DNA of 64,000 nt from Lachnospiraceae bacterium (GCA_017514845.1 JAFWIM010000012.1:1777-65776); one strand, 5' to 3'; positions 29,189 through 39,475 are shown, numbered from the stretch's first letter. Translations and numbers: made by a program. Notes: generated by a model from the letters alone, not told the origin.

Positions 29189-31511
29189 GTCTTCTCCTTA
29201 TGCCGATGATGAGGCAGAGCAGGAAAATGAGAGCGGACGCTCCGGATACAATAATTCCCTGCATGATACCCGGGCAGCTGTATTTAAGCTCAAAATCATG
29301 TTTTCCGCCGGGGACATTAATAGCAATAAATCCTTCATTTGCAAGCATCATCTCAGCCTGCTCCCCGTCGACCCAGGCGGACCAGCCGTACTCGAACGGA
29401 GCGGCGATGAACACGACCGAGTCCTTCTCACATGTGACGGAACCCTTGAAATAGTCATCGTTCACACTGTCGATGAGGCTCACCTCGGCATCGGTATTCC
29501 TGTTGTCGTATTCGACGTCGACGCAGACAGTGTTGCCGTCCGCCGCAGTGCTGTAGGCCGATTTCAGCTCATCCGCGTCGTAGACGGAGCAGATGTTCAC
29601 GACATCGTCCGCCGCGAGGATTTTTATATCTCCGAACTCCTTCAGCACTTCCATGCCGGGGAACTGGGATGCATCTTTGTCCGACAGGACATATTTTAGC
29701 CCCAGAAGGTCGGCCTGCGCTTCATTTGCAGTATCGTGGAGATACATGTAGTGATTGCGGTCGGGGTATATCACATCCGGCCAGTAGCGCGCCGCGTAAT
29801 TCTGCACATTGGCGTTCATGGTCGAATTGTAGACGCTTATGGAGTGGTACTCCTGGACCATGGAATCCATACAGAGCGTCGCGACCGTCTCCTTCTCAAG
29901 GCGGTAATACTCCGGATCCGTGCTCTTCAGATACTCAAGAGCCGCCTCGGCGTCCGGGTCGTACATGACTTCATAGTAAGTACCGCCTTTCCACACTGAC
30001 TCCCGATCGAGGAAGTTTGTGTAGCAGTCCAGCGTCTCATTAAATATGAGCAGCAGGCAGAGGGCTGCCGGCACGATATACCGGGCAGCTTTCAGAGATC
30101 GCAGCACCATAATGAGGAAGAGGACAAGGACCATAACAAGGCTCGTGAACATATGGATCCTGGATACCATTTTTATATTGGGAATCTCCGGGTGCTGCTG
30201 ATAGACCCGATAGAAGCGTATGCATACGGCCGCACCGATAACAAGTCCGATGACGCTCACTCTCCTCGCCCGCATGATCTCATTAAGCGTGACTGCAATG
30301 ACGATCGCGAAATACGGGAACGCGAGGAAGAGGTATCGGGCGAAAGGCGCCGTGAATCCGTTGAAGATCGTAGCTATGCCGGCGTGAGTGACAGACACGA
30401 CACAGACCGGAATGAGCAGATACTGCACTATATCGCGCTTTAAGCGAAATCCCCTTGTGCGGATGGGGCTCTCAGGATCACTCTTCATCCTCGCTCCGGA
30501 AATGAACGGGATCAGGAATATGTACTGGGCTGCCAGGAGAACTGCAAGCGTGGAGAACCACAGACACGGATCTTCATAATAATTCAGATAGCCGTTGTAC
30601 ATCGAGATCCCGCGGCTCGTAGTCGAAAAAATCCGACCCATGAGCACCCAGTTGTAGATGCCCGGATAGTGAGTATCAAAGATCCGCGTGAAAAGGTCCT
30701 TCTCGGCCTGCATGCGTGACGACACGTGCATCAGCGCTTCCACGAAAGGCATCAGCGCAATGCCGCCGAGCCCTACCCCGAGAAGCATGGTGACTGCGAG
30801 GCGGAACACATTTTTTACGTAGTCGAAGAAAGATCTAAGGGGCAGTATGAAGAGTCTCACCACCACATAGCACCCGCAGAAAATGAAGATCATGTAGGCT
30901 ATATAGCAGCTGCTCAGCATGATCACAAATGACTGCAGGGTGAGCAGCTTCCACTTCTTCGGGTATCGGATACAGCGCTCTATGAGGAGCAGCTCCACCA
31001 TGAGCAGGGTGGGTATGATCGCGAACTGATAGTGCTGGCCCCAGACGATGATAAATCCGTTGAAGGCATACATGTACGATGCCATCGCCTTGGGAAACTC
31101 CCTGAGGCGGAATGCGGAAAGGAACAGATAGCAGGAAATACCGGCGAGCAGAATCTCTCCGATATACACGTAGACCAGAAAATAGGTCATCTGCTCCGTC
31201 CCGAAGAAATAGCCGAGCGCGTAGAGGACCACCAGGGCGGGGTTCGTCATATTGAGCAGGAACATATTGATTCCGAAGCCTTCACTGGAATTCCAGAGCG
31301 CGAACGTGCCGTTCCTCAGCATATTGACAATTGAAGAGTACTGGGGCACGTACTGCTGGATCGTGTCCGAACCCACGTCGAAAAACGCCATGACCCGACC
31401 GCCGAAAACATACTCGTGAAGCACAACGAGACACGTTGCGATCACCGCGGCAGCCAGGATGAGGATCGTCCAAATATTCACCTGCAGAAACTTCTCTTTG
31501 CGCTGTTCCAT
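29169..31511 (-). CDS. YfhO-family GT-C membrane glycosyltransferase
   Basis: DVGSD...QY.P first loop, about 12 TMs, YRLEK, C-terminal P(F)EYGWSAWVDG...G.H...L.Y and final TM. Confidence 0.82.
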   Translation of the reverse strand: MEQRKEKFLQVNIWTILILAAAVIATCLVVLHEYVFGGRVMAFFDVGSDTIQQYVPQYSSIVNMLRNGTFALWNSSEGFGINMFLLNMTNPALVVLYALGYFFGTEQMTYFLVYVYIGEILLAGISCYLFLSAFRLREFPKAMASYMYAFNGFIIVWGQHYQFAIIPTLLMVELLLIERCIRYPKKWKLLTLQSFVIMLSSCYIAYMIFIFCGCYVVVRLFILPLRSFFDYVKNVFRLAVTMLLGVGLGGIALMPFVEALMHVSSRMQAEKDLFTRIFDTHYPGIYNWVLMGRIFSTTSRGISMYNGYLNYYEDPCLWFSTLAVLLAAQYIFLIPFISGARMKSDPESPIRTRGFRLKRDIVQYLLIPVCVVSVTHAGIATIFNGFTAPFARYLFLAFPYFAIVIAVTLNEIMRARRVSVIGLVIGAAVCIRFYRVYQQHPEIPNIKMVSRIHMFTSLVMVLVLFLIMVLRSLKAARYIVPAALCLLLIFNETLDCYTNFLDRESVWKGGTYYEVMYDPDAEAALEYLKSTDPEYYRLEKETVATLCMDSMVQEYHSISVYNSTMNANVQNYAARYWPDVIYPDRNHYMYLHDTANEAQADLLGLKYVLSDKDASQFPGMEVLKEFGDIKILAADDVVNICSVYDADELKSAYSTAADGNTVCVDVEYDNRNTDAEVSLIDSVNDDYFKGSVTCEKDSVVFIAAPFEYGWSAWVDGEQAEMMLANEGFIAINVPGGKHDFELKYSCPGIMQGIIVSGASALIFLLCLIIGIRRRHADYTV

Positions 31512-31586
31512 GTATTACCTCTTAGGTCCTCCCGGCTTTTTCCGCGCCCGGCGGATCATGCAGCGCGGGAGGACAGCTGAAAACTG

Positions 31587-32498
31587 TTATTCCATTTCCT
31601 TAAGAATCTTGACGTATCTGGACAATGCGTCTCTCCAGTCCGGAAGCGGCTCAAAGCCCATCTCGCGGATCTTAGAACGGTCGAGGCGGCTGTTGTACGG
31701 TCTCTTTGCCGCGGCGCCGTACTCCACGGAAGTGACCGGATTGACGGTCACGTGCGTGACGCCGGCAGTCTCGAAGATTGCCAGTGTAAAGTCATACCAG
31801 GAGATGTAGTCTCCTTCATTTGTCACATGATAAATTCCGTACTTGTCTGTCTGGATCATATCCACGACGAGGCGGGCAAGGTCATAGGTGTAGGTCGGTG
31901 TGCCAATCTGGTCGTTAATGACCCTGAGCGTGTCGTGCGTCTTGGCCAGATTCAGCATAGTCTTGATGAAGTTCTTTCCGTTCGTTCCGAAGACCCATGC
32001 GATCCGCAGGATGAAGAATTTTTTAACATGCTCGCGGACAGCGACCTCGCCCTCCGCCTTTGTCTGACCATAGACATCGAGCGGCTCGTACTCGTCATCC
32101 GGCTGCCAAGGTCTCGTTCCGTTGCCGTTAAATACATAATCCGTGGAGAAGTACATCATCGGGATATCCAGCTCCTCACAGACCTTAGCGATATTCTCCG
32201 TTCCGTAGGCGTTGACCCTGCGGCATGCTTCCGGCATCTCCTCCGCCTTGTCGACGGCCGTCCATGCCGCGCAGTGGATCACAGCGTCACATCCGGAGGC
32301 AAGGATCGTGCTCCGGACGTTCTCCGGATTCGTGATATCCATCGGAAGGTACGGCATGCTGCACACCGGCGTCCCGTCCTGCATACCGCTGTAGTTTTCG
32401 GCAAGATCGCTTCCCACGCCTTCCATTCCGCGTTTTGCCAGCTCATTCATCACATCGTGGCCCAGCTGACCGGCCACACCCGTTACAAAATATTTCAT
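31587..32498 (-). CDS. rfbD: dTDP-4-dehydrorhamnose reductase
   Basis: GVAGQLG, AAWTAVD, STDYVF, YGQTK, DQIGTPT. Confidence 0.93.
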   Translation of the reverse strand: MKYFVTGVAGQLGHDVMNELAKRGMEGVGSDLAENYSGMQDGTPVCSMPYLPMDITNPENVRSTILASGCDAVIHCAAWTAVDKAEEMPEACRRVNAYGTENIAKVCEELDIPMMYFSTDYVFNGNGTRPWQPDDEYEPLDVYGQTKAEGEVAVREHVKKFFILRIAWVFGTNGKNFIKTMLNLAKTHDTLRVINDQIGTPTYTYDLARLVVDMIQTDKYGIYHVTNEGDYISWYDFTLAIFETAGVTHVTVNPVTSVEYGAAAKRPYNSRLDRSKIREMGFEPLPDWRDALSRYVKILKEME

Positions 32499-32527
32499 GT
32501 GTCACCTCTCGTATAATTCACTTAAGC

Positions 32528-32636
32528 TTCCCACGCCAAGCTCAAGGAACAGTCTCATCGCAAAATGTACTTTCTCAGGAACGCCCTGCGAAAGTATCAT
32601 TTTCGATTTCGACTGGCCGAGTATTGGTAAGTGGAA
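32528..32636. repeat. long imperfect palindrome
   Basis: CAGTC..ATCG.AAAATG.TACTTTC.CAGG pairs with CCTG.GAAAGTA.CATTTT.CGAT..GACTG, with outer extensions. Confidence 0.7.
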
Positions 32637-32648
32637 AATATTTGGTAA

Positions 32649-35075
32649 TCAGTTTCTCTTTAATGAAAAGTCCTGCGTGACCATCGACAGATTCGGGTTG
32701 TAGTAGGGATCGCCGTCCCGGAGGATCTCCGGCCATCTCTTCTGGAAAATCGCCATCTCGTTCTGGAACCTGGCGACCTTCTCGGGATTCCCCTGATCAA
32801 GGCCTCTCGACTTTGATTCATAGTGATAGAGCTCGGCGAACGGGTCGTACACGATGAGATAGCCCGCGCGCCTTATCTTCATGCAGAAGTCGATGTCGTT
32901 GAACGCGACCGCAAGCTCCTCAGTGAGCCCGCCGACCTCGTCGAAGACGCTCTTCTTCACCATAAGGCACGCGGCTGTGACCGCCGAGAGATCCTGCTGG
33001 CAGATGATCCTGTGCTGGTAGCCGGTCTCACCCCTGTTCTGGTTGACGAACGCGTGGCCGGCGATGCCGCCCCAGCCGACAATGACGCCGGCGTGCTGGA
33101 TCGTATTGTCCTCATAATAGAGTCTCGCGCCGACAGCACCCACATCATCTCTGCGGCAGAAGCTCAGCATCTCTCCGATGACATCGTCGCTGATGAACTC
33201 CGTGTCATTGTTGAGCAGGAAGAGGTACTCGCCTTTGGCCTCTTTCGCTCCGAAATTGTTGATGGCCGAGAAATTGAACCCGCCCTCATAGTAGACGACT
33301 TTCACGCGGTCATCCCTGGCGATGAGGTCCCTGTAATAGAGGAATGTCTCCTCCTCTGTCGAATTATTCTCAATGATGATGATTTCAAGGTTCGGATAGC
33401 GCACGCCGCGGTCGATACTCTTTAAGCACTTGTCAAGATCATCAATATGGTCCTTGTTCGGGATCAGAATCGAGACACAGGGCGTTCCCTCCCAGTGATA
33501 GACTGTCCTGTAAATGCCCGGATACTCTCCCATCTCCACTGTGGCCGGGAGTCCGAGCCGGCTGTAGTGGGCTTCGATCGCGCGCCTTCCTGCTTCAAAG
33601 GCATAGGTCTTGCTCTCCGGGTTGGCCGCCGTCGAGCCCTCGAAGAATCTCCAGTGGTAGAGGATCTTCGGAATGTGGACGATGTTCTCCGTAGCCTCTG
33701 TGCATCTCAGAACAAAATCATAATCCTGTGCTCCGTCATAGTCCGGATCCAGCATTCCCACCTTATCGATAAGGCTTTTCTTAACGACGAGCAGATGGCA
33801 GATATAGTTGACCGACCTCAGGAAATCCGGGTCAAAATCAGGCTTCATGTTCGGCTGCATATACTTCTCGCCGATGCCGATCTTATCCTCATCGCTGTAG
33901 AGGAGCTCTGCCGCCGGATTCTCGCGAATGGCTGCGGCATTCTCGTAGAGCGCATTGGGGGCAAGCAGATCATCGTGGTCTGCAAATGCAATATAATCGC
34001 CCTGCGCTGCCGCAATCGCCGCATTGGTATTCTCCGCGATCCGGAGCTGCCTGTTGTTCCGAACTACCCGTATCCTTGTATCGGAAGCTTCGAGTCTGTC
34101 CAGCACATCGTTAAGCGGTGTATCCTCACCGCTGCCGTCCGACAGGATGAGTTCCCAGTTCGCGTAGCTCTGCGCTTTCACCGAATCGACCAGCTGCACA
34201 AGGAAGTCTTCCGGCGTCTTATAGAGCGGTACGACGATCGAAATGAGCGGTGCCGGATCGAACACATCCTTCCTCTGCTTTGCGAGGACGCGCTCGCTGG
34301 GCAGATGCTTCTTTATCCAGTCCGCGTAGATCACCGGTTTCATTGCCGGGTTAAAGAGCTTGTCGTAGGTCTTCTCCGCAAGCGGACGAAGGCCGTGGTA
34401 CTTGAAGTACTCAATGCCCTTTCTGCCAAGCCGCATATATTTATCGGCTTTGGCGGAAACCGGGTCCGTGCGGTAGGAAAGCATGAGCTTCGCCTCCCCG
34501 GAGCGAAGGGCGACATAAATCTTCTTTTTCGGGATCGGCCGAAGTTCGATATGGAAGCCGCACTCGGGATCGATCTCGTACTCGTCGAAGAGGTCAGCAA
34601 CGTCGAGTCTCTTGTAGCGCTCGATATTGCACTTGATTTTCTTTTTCCGCGCGTCCAGGACGGCCATCTCGACAGGCTCCGTGGAAACTGCCCATCCCTG
34701 AAGGCGAAGGTATCCGTCCTTTGTATTGACCGTAAAGTCATCGACAAAGAGCTTGATGCCGTTCATCTTTACTGCAAGGTCCGCGGCGGAGATTTCAAAG
34801 CACAGTCTCCTGCCCTGATCCCGCACTGCGTAGACCTTCAGTTTTCTGTGAGTGTCTATGTCTTCCGGAATTCTGAAATTCACGACGCACTCGCTGCCGC
34901 CGTATCTCTCGTCCACATTCTGAGTGAGCTTTTTCACTTCGAGCGGGAACGGCTCACCGTCAAGAAAAGCCATGAGGTCTGTCCCCGGAGCCAGATGACC
35001 ACGCAGGACATAGAGGTCCTTTTCTGTGAGCGAAAATCTGTCGTTCTTTATTAAAAAACCGTCATTCCTTATCAT
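32649..35075 (-). CDS. bifunctional GT2-GT2 glycosyltransferase with N-terminal accessory domains
   Basis: Same two GT2 motif sets as 27392..29188, preceded by about 230 aa of beta-rich sequence. Confidence 0.88.
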   Translation of the reverse strand: MIRNDGFLIKNDRFSLTEKDLYVLRGHLAPGTDLMAFLDGEPFPLEVKKLTQNVDERYGGSECVVNFRIPEDIDTHRKLKVYAVRDQGRRLCFEISAADLAVKMNGIKLFVDDFTVNTKDGYLRLQGWAVSTEPVEMAVLDARKKKIKCNIERYKRLDVADLFDEYEIDPECGFHIELRPIPKKKIYVALRSGEAKLMLSYRTDPVSAKADKYMRLGRKGIEYFKYHGLRPLAEKTYDKLFNPAMKPVIYADWIKKHLPSERVLAKQRKDVFDPAPLISIVVPLYKTPEDFLVQLVDSVKAQSYANWELILSDGSGEDTPLNDVLDRLEASDTRIRVVRNNRQLRIAENTNAAIAAAQGDYIAFADHDDLLAPNALYENAAAIRENPAAELLYSDEDKIGIGEKYMQPNMKPDFDPDFLRSVNYICHLLVVKKSLIDKVGMLDPDYDGAQDYDFVLRCTEATENIVHIPKILYHWRFFEGSTAANPESKTYAFEAGRRAIEAHYSRLGLPATVEMGEYPGIYRTVYHWEGTPCVSILIPNKDHIDDLDKCLKSIDRGVRYPNLEIIIIENNSTEEETFLYYRDLIARDDRVKVVYYEGGFNFSAINNFGAKEAKGEYLFLLNNDTEFISDDVIGEMLSFCRRDDVGAVGARLYYEDNTIQHAGVIVGWGGIAGHAFVNQNRGETGYQHRIICQQDLSAVTAACLMVKKSVFDEVGGLTEELAVAFNDIDFCMKIRRAGYLIVYDPFAELYHYESKSRGLDQGNPEKVARFQNEMAIFQKRWPEILRDGDPYYNPNLSMVTQDFSLKRN

Positions 35076-37425
35076 CGCTTGTCACCTCGTTCCTCGCTTT
35101 CTGCAAGGCGGAATAGTTCGGAGGCATCGTTCCCCTCAGCACATAATCGGAAGTGTCATAGTCAAGATTCGGGTTGAAGTAAGGATCGCCGTTCTCAAAG
35201 ATATCCTTCCATCTTTCGCGAAGCTTTCTGGCCTCCCGCATCTGACGCTCGTGCTTCTCCGGGTTCTTCTTTATGTCATCGGAGCCGCGGGACAGCGATT
35301 CATGATGATAGAGCTCCGCCCAGGCGTCGTAGACGATCAGATATCCGGCAGCCCTCACCTTGAGGCAAAGATCGACGTCGTTGTAGGCTACAACGAAATC
35401 CTCGTCGAAACCGCCGACCTCCTCGAACACGTGCCTCGGCATCATCATGCAGGCCGCCGTGACGGCGCTGACATCCTGGCTCTTTACTATGCGGCCGAAA
35501 TATCCGCCGGAATCACGCTTTTCCATATGGCAGATGTGGCCGGCAATGCCGCCGATGCCGACGACGATGCCGCAGTGCTGCAGCTTGTCGTTCGGGTAGT
35601 AGAGTCTCGCTCCGACCGCGCCGACGTCGCCTCTCTGACAGTAACCGAGCATCTCCTCGATCCAGCGGTCGGTAATGACCTCGACGTCATTGTTCAGGAA
35701 GAGCAGGTACTCCCCGCGGGCTTGCTTCACCGCGAAATTATTGATCGCGGAGTAGTTGAAGATATCCTTCCAGTAGACGACCTTCACGTTGCCGTGCTCA
35801 GCCTGGATCTTCTCGTAGTAGGCAAATGTCTCCGGCTCCGTCGAATTATTCTCGGCGATGATTATTTCAAAATTCCTGTACGTTGATTTTTCAAATATTG
35901 ATACGAGCGCCCGATCCAGAACATCCCTGAAATCCTTGTTGGGAATGATGATCGAGACCAGCGGCTCTCCCTGTATCTCATACTTCGTCCGGTAGGACCC
36001 GATGTCCTCAGCCAGCTCGCACGTCGCATGGATGCCGCAGCGGTCGTAATGAGCCTGGATGGCTTTCCTGCCGTTGTCGTACGCGTACATCTTGCTCTCC
36101 GGATTTCCGGCGGTCGATGTCTGGTGCGCTCTCCAGTGATAGAGGAACTTCGGGATATGATGTACTTTTCTCGATTTCTCGACGCAGCGGAGAATAAAGT
36201 CGTAGTCCTGGGCTCCGTCGAATTCGCTCCTCTCGTATACCCGGTCCTCGCCTCCGATCTCATCGACGATAGACTTTCTCACGCAGAAAATGTGCGTAAT
36301 ATAGTTGTTCGAGCGAAGCAGATCCGGACTGAAATCCGGCTTGAAGTTCGGGCTGTAGTACACGCCCGACGTGTACATGATCTTATCCTCGTCGGTGTAG
36401 AGGGCGTCGATCTCCGGATCCTCATTAAGAGCCTTCACGATCTCGTAGCAGGCATTCTTCTCGACTGTGTCATCGTGGTCGCACAGCATGATGAAATCGC
36501 CGGTGGCCATCTTGATGGCCTCGTTGGTGTTGCCGGAAATGCCCGCATTCACCGCAAGTCTCTGGTAGACGACGCGGCTGTCGGACAGATACTGCTCCCT
36601 GACGTGCTCCTCGACCTCATCTTTGGTGCTGCCGTCAGCGAGACATACCTCGATGTTCCTGTATGACTGGCCGAGCAGGCCGTCCATGAGCTCATCGAGG
36701 AACTTCTCCGGCGTGTTGAAGAGAGGAATGACGATGGAGATCTTCGGCTCGTACGCAAACTTTACCTGCGCCTCGCGCGAAAGCTCCTCATCCGTCACCA
36801 TCTGATCGTGGATCCAGTCGTCGTAGCCCGCGCTGTCGATTGCGTAGGTCGGAATAGCGTGTCTCTTTATATAGGCAGCCCGCTTCTTATCGTCAAGTAT
36901 GATTTTGAGCTCCCTCGCAACATAGCCGAGCTCATTTTCAAGCTCGAACGTGATGATCGGATGCTTGATCTGGGCAAGCGGCAGTCTGACGGAGAAGCCT
37001 GTCAGGAATTCGCCGTCTATGCCGAGAAGATCATTTACGTCCGCTCTCGGATATCGCTGCACATCAAATGTGAGGATACGGCTCCTGTCGCGTATCACGA
37101 TCTCCGGAATGAGTCCGCCGTGCTCATAGCTCCAGCCGCGGATCACCAGATGGTCACCCTTGTAATATCTGTTGTCGATATTGTAGAGGATTCCGGCCTC
37201 AGCCTGGGAGAGCACCGGGCGGAGCTTACTGAACGGGTCCTCGCGTCCGGCTTTCACAGAGAGCTTCCGGTAGGCCATCATGGCTTTATTGCCGGACAGG
37301 AGGGCGGCGTAGCTGCCCCTCTTGATCCCCTCGTTTCTGGCCTTGTAATAGCGCTCCTTGAGAGTCTCCATCTCCTCTTTCAGCTTTTCATATTCCTCTT
37401 TATAATTGATCGTGTCCTGGCTCAT
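35062..37425 (-). CDS. bifunctional GT2-GT2 glycosyltransferase with N-terminal coiled coil and accessory domain
   Basis: YKEEYEKLKEEMETLKERY coiled coil, then CDHDD, YTDEDK, GAQDYD and LNND, AYNDVD. Confidence 0.88.
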   Translation of the reverse strand: MSQDTINYKEEYEKLKEEMETLKERYYKARNEGIKRGSYAALLSGNKAMMAYRKLSVKAGREDPFSKLRPVLSQAEAGILYNIDNRYYKGDHLVIRGWSYEHGGLIPEIVIRDRSRILTFDVQRYPRADVNDLLGIDGEFLTGFSVRLPLAQIKHPIITFELENELGYVARELKIILDDKKRAAYIKRHAIPTYAIDSAGYDDWIHDQMVTDEELSREAQVKFAYEPKISIVIPLFNTPEKFLDELMDGLLGQSYRNIEVCLADGSTKDEVEEHVREQYLSDSRVVYQRLAVNAGISGNTNEAIKMATGDFIMLCDHDDTVEKNACYEIVKALNEDPEIDALYTDEDKIMYTSGVYYSPNFKPDFSPDLLRSNNYITHIFCVRKSIVDEIGGEDRVYERSEFDGAQDYDFILRCVEKSRKVHHIPKFLYHWRAHQTSTAGNPESKMYAYDNGRKAIQAHYDRCGIHATCELAEDIGSYRTKYEIQGEPLVSIIIPNKDFRDVLDRALVSIFEKSTYRNFEIIIAENNSTEPETFAYYEKIQAEHGNVKVVYWKDIFNYSAINNFAVKQARGEYLLFLNNDVEVITDRWIEEMLGYCQRGDVGAVGARLYYPNDKLQHCGIVVGIGGIAGHICHMEKRDSGGYFGRIVKSQDVSAVTAACMMMPRHVFEEVGGFDEDFVVAYNDVDLCLKVRAAGYLIVYDAWAELYHHESLSRGSDDIKKNPEKHERQMREARKLRERWKDIFENGDPYFNPNLDYDTSDYVLRGTMPPNYSALQKARNEVTSDDKE

Positions 37426-37429
37426 CAGA

Positions 37430-38548
37430 TTACCCTTTCTTTCTGCCTATGCCCTTGACGGTCTGAAGTGCTTTGTATGATTTGGATCCGGTCACGTCCT
37501 CGAACATGTGCTTCCATGTATCCCGGTCTGTCTCCATCGCCTTGTAAGAGTATTCCATGTGGGCTTTCTCCGCGGCGTAAGCCTCCCTGTTCGTGACCAG
37601 CTCATTTCTCACTTCGTCATAACGGCGGAACCACTCGTCATCCAGATGCGCGTATCTGCTTCTCGCTTCGGCAAGCTCCGCCTCGAGCCTTCCGATCCTG
37701 CCCTGCAGGACCGCGACGGCCCTGTCGCACTCGCGCCACATGTCGTAGGCGGTACCGCCCGCATTTCCGGATGGCATCACAGGCTTTTTGAGGTCCCTGA
37801 GGTCTGTGTGCTCTTTGAGGGACGAGTGCTTGGCAACCGCGAAGCTCGTCCCGTCAGGCTCCGTGATCACGTACTCAAAGAAATGCTCGTAGCTCCGCTG
37901 CATCACATGCATGTCCGTCCTGATGCCCAGAAGCTTCAGAGCGCTCCTGAGGGGCAGGAGCTCCTCAAGGCCGGCTATATGATAGTACGCATCCCTTATG
38001 CAGTGATAGAGGACGAGATCCTTCGGCATGATAAAGGTCATCACCCACTCATAATCGATGAAATAGATGTCATCCCCCTCGAAGATGATGTTGCCCGCGA
38101 TGCCGTCGAAATTCGAGATCTTGAAGCCGGGAAGCCCGATGTAGGGTTCCGCGTCGCCGAAGACTCTGGTGAACTCATCGGACGGGACAAACTCCGTTTC
38201 GTTGTCGGGACTTACCGTGAGGATGGATTTCTGCCTGACAAAGAGGTCCTTCACAAGACCCTCGTCGCCGTCCTTCACCGCCTCCCTGAGCTTTTTCTCG
38301 AGAGAGTCGCCTGTGAGGTATGCAAATATCAGCTTCTCCCCGTCATATTCCACAGGGCAGGCCTTTGCCGGAGCGTAGACCTTCTCAAGGATGTCCGCGT
38401 AGGAAGCCACGCGGGAAAGATGCTCGCGGCCCTCCTCGTAGCAGGCCTCCTTGAAGACGCGCATTCCCTCATCCGTCCGGGCAATCGTTGTTATGATTGA
38501 AAATCTTCTGCTCCTCTCGTCGGAGCATTTTATGAACAGCTTTCTCAT
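37430..38548 (-). CDS. putative kinase-fold protein with C-terminal coiled coil
   Basis: VFK, DGIAGN (DxxxxN catalytic loop) and YFIDYEW (metal-binding motif of APH/choline-kinase-like folds); heptad-rich C-terminus; basic amphipathic tail. Confidence 0.6.
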   Translation of the reverse strand: MRKLFIKCSDERSRRFSIITTIARTDEGMRVFKEACYEEGREHLSRVASYADILEKVYAPAKACPVEYDGEKLIFAYLTGDSLEKKLREAVKDGDEGLVKDLFVRQKSILTVSPDNETEFVPSDEFTRVFGDAEPYIGLPGFKISNFDGIAGNIIFEGDDIYFIDYEWVMTFIMPKDLVLYHCIRDAYYHIAGLEELLPLRSALKLLGIRTDMHVMQRSYEHFFEYVITEPDGTSFAVAKHSSLKEHTDLRDLKKPVMPSGNAGGTAYDMWRECDRAVAVLQGRIGRLEAELAEARSRYAHLDDEWFRRYDEVRNELVTNREAYAAEKAHMEYSYKAMETDRDTWKHMFEDVTGSKSYKALQTVKGIGRKKG

Positions 38549-39475
38549 TCAGGCCTCCTCCCCGCACACAGCTTCGATGAGGAATGAGTTGGCAAACGCT
38601 GCTCTCTCCTCTGTGCCCTTAAGACCCGCAAATGCCCTATTCTGCGAGAACAATGTCATCACATCGAGATCGTAGTTGGCATTCTCCGGGAAATCTATGT
38701 CGGCATCCTTAATATTGTCGTCGCTGTAGATGACCGTCGGAAGCTTGTAATCCGGGAAGGGATAATAAAAATATATGTCCCTGAATCCCGCGGCGGACAG
38801 CATCTCCGTAAGCTCCGATCTCGTGAATGTCCTCACGTGATCCCCCTGCCTGTAGCCCTCGATACCGACGAACGGGACAGAGAGGTGGTCCTCGTGACTT
38901 CCGTTGAAATACTTCATGCCGAGCTTATTCTCGATCGCTATATAGAGACGGCCGCCATCTTTCATGACAGAGCGCACCTTCTCAAGGAAATCTTCGTAGG
39001 GTCTTTCGCTGTCGATATAGTAGCAGCCGTACTCCAGGACCCCGATCAGCGTGACGACATCGTACTTCTTTTCTATCTCAATGTCCTGAAAATTGCCGAC
39101 GATGATCTCGATATTATCCATATCTTTATGCCGGGTCGCGTTGATAAGGGACCTTCTGCGGGACAGTTCGATGCAGTCGACCTTCTTCACATAGGGGGCG
39201 ACACCTCCGGTGACCGCACCCATGCCGGCTCCGATCTCGAGGACCTCGTCATCTCTCCGAAGGTCCATTGGAAGGCAGATGTTCTCCCTCTGGCGGGTCA
39301 GGTGATAGAGCACCGGCCAGCTGTTCATATCCGGATGATAGTAGCCAAAGCCGGATTCACCGGAGACAATATCAAGGATATGGTTCTCGACCTCATCGCC
39401 GTCGCTGTAGAGGTCCGTCCCCTTATACCACTTGTAATTCAGTTTTACTTTGCCGATCAGTTCTTGAGATTCCAT
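38549..39475 (-). CDS. class I SAM-dependent methyltransferase
   Basis: VLEIGAGMG, CIELS, YDVVTLIGVLEY, GGRLYIAIEN. Confidence 0.9.
   Translation of the reverse strand: MESQELIGKVKLNYKWYKGTDLYSDGDEVENHILDIVSGESGFGYYHPDMNSWPVLYHLTRQRENICLPMDLRRDDEVLEIGAGMGAVTGGVAPYVKKVDCIELSRRRSLINATRHKDMDNIEIIVGNFQDIEIEKKYDVVTLIGVLEYGCYYIDSERPYEDFLEKVRSVMKDGGRLYIAIENKLGMKYFNGSHEDHLSVPFVGIEGYRQGDHVRTFTRSELTEMLSAAGFRDIYFYYPFPDYKLPTVIYSDDNIKDADIDFPENANYDLDVMTLFSQNRAFAGLKGTEERAAFANSFLIEAVCGEEA

Noticed and set aside
33447-35054. 535-aa antisense ORF (similarly 41849..43210, 44518..46005, 62327..63775)
   Set aside because: Each mirrors a well-supported minus-strand gene; long antisense frames are expected with GC-rich third positions.
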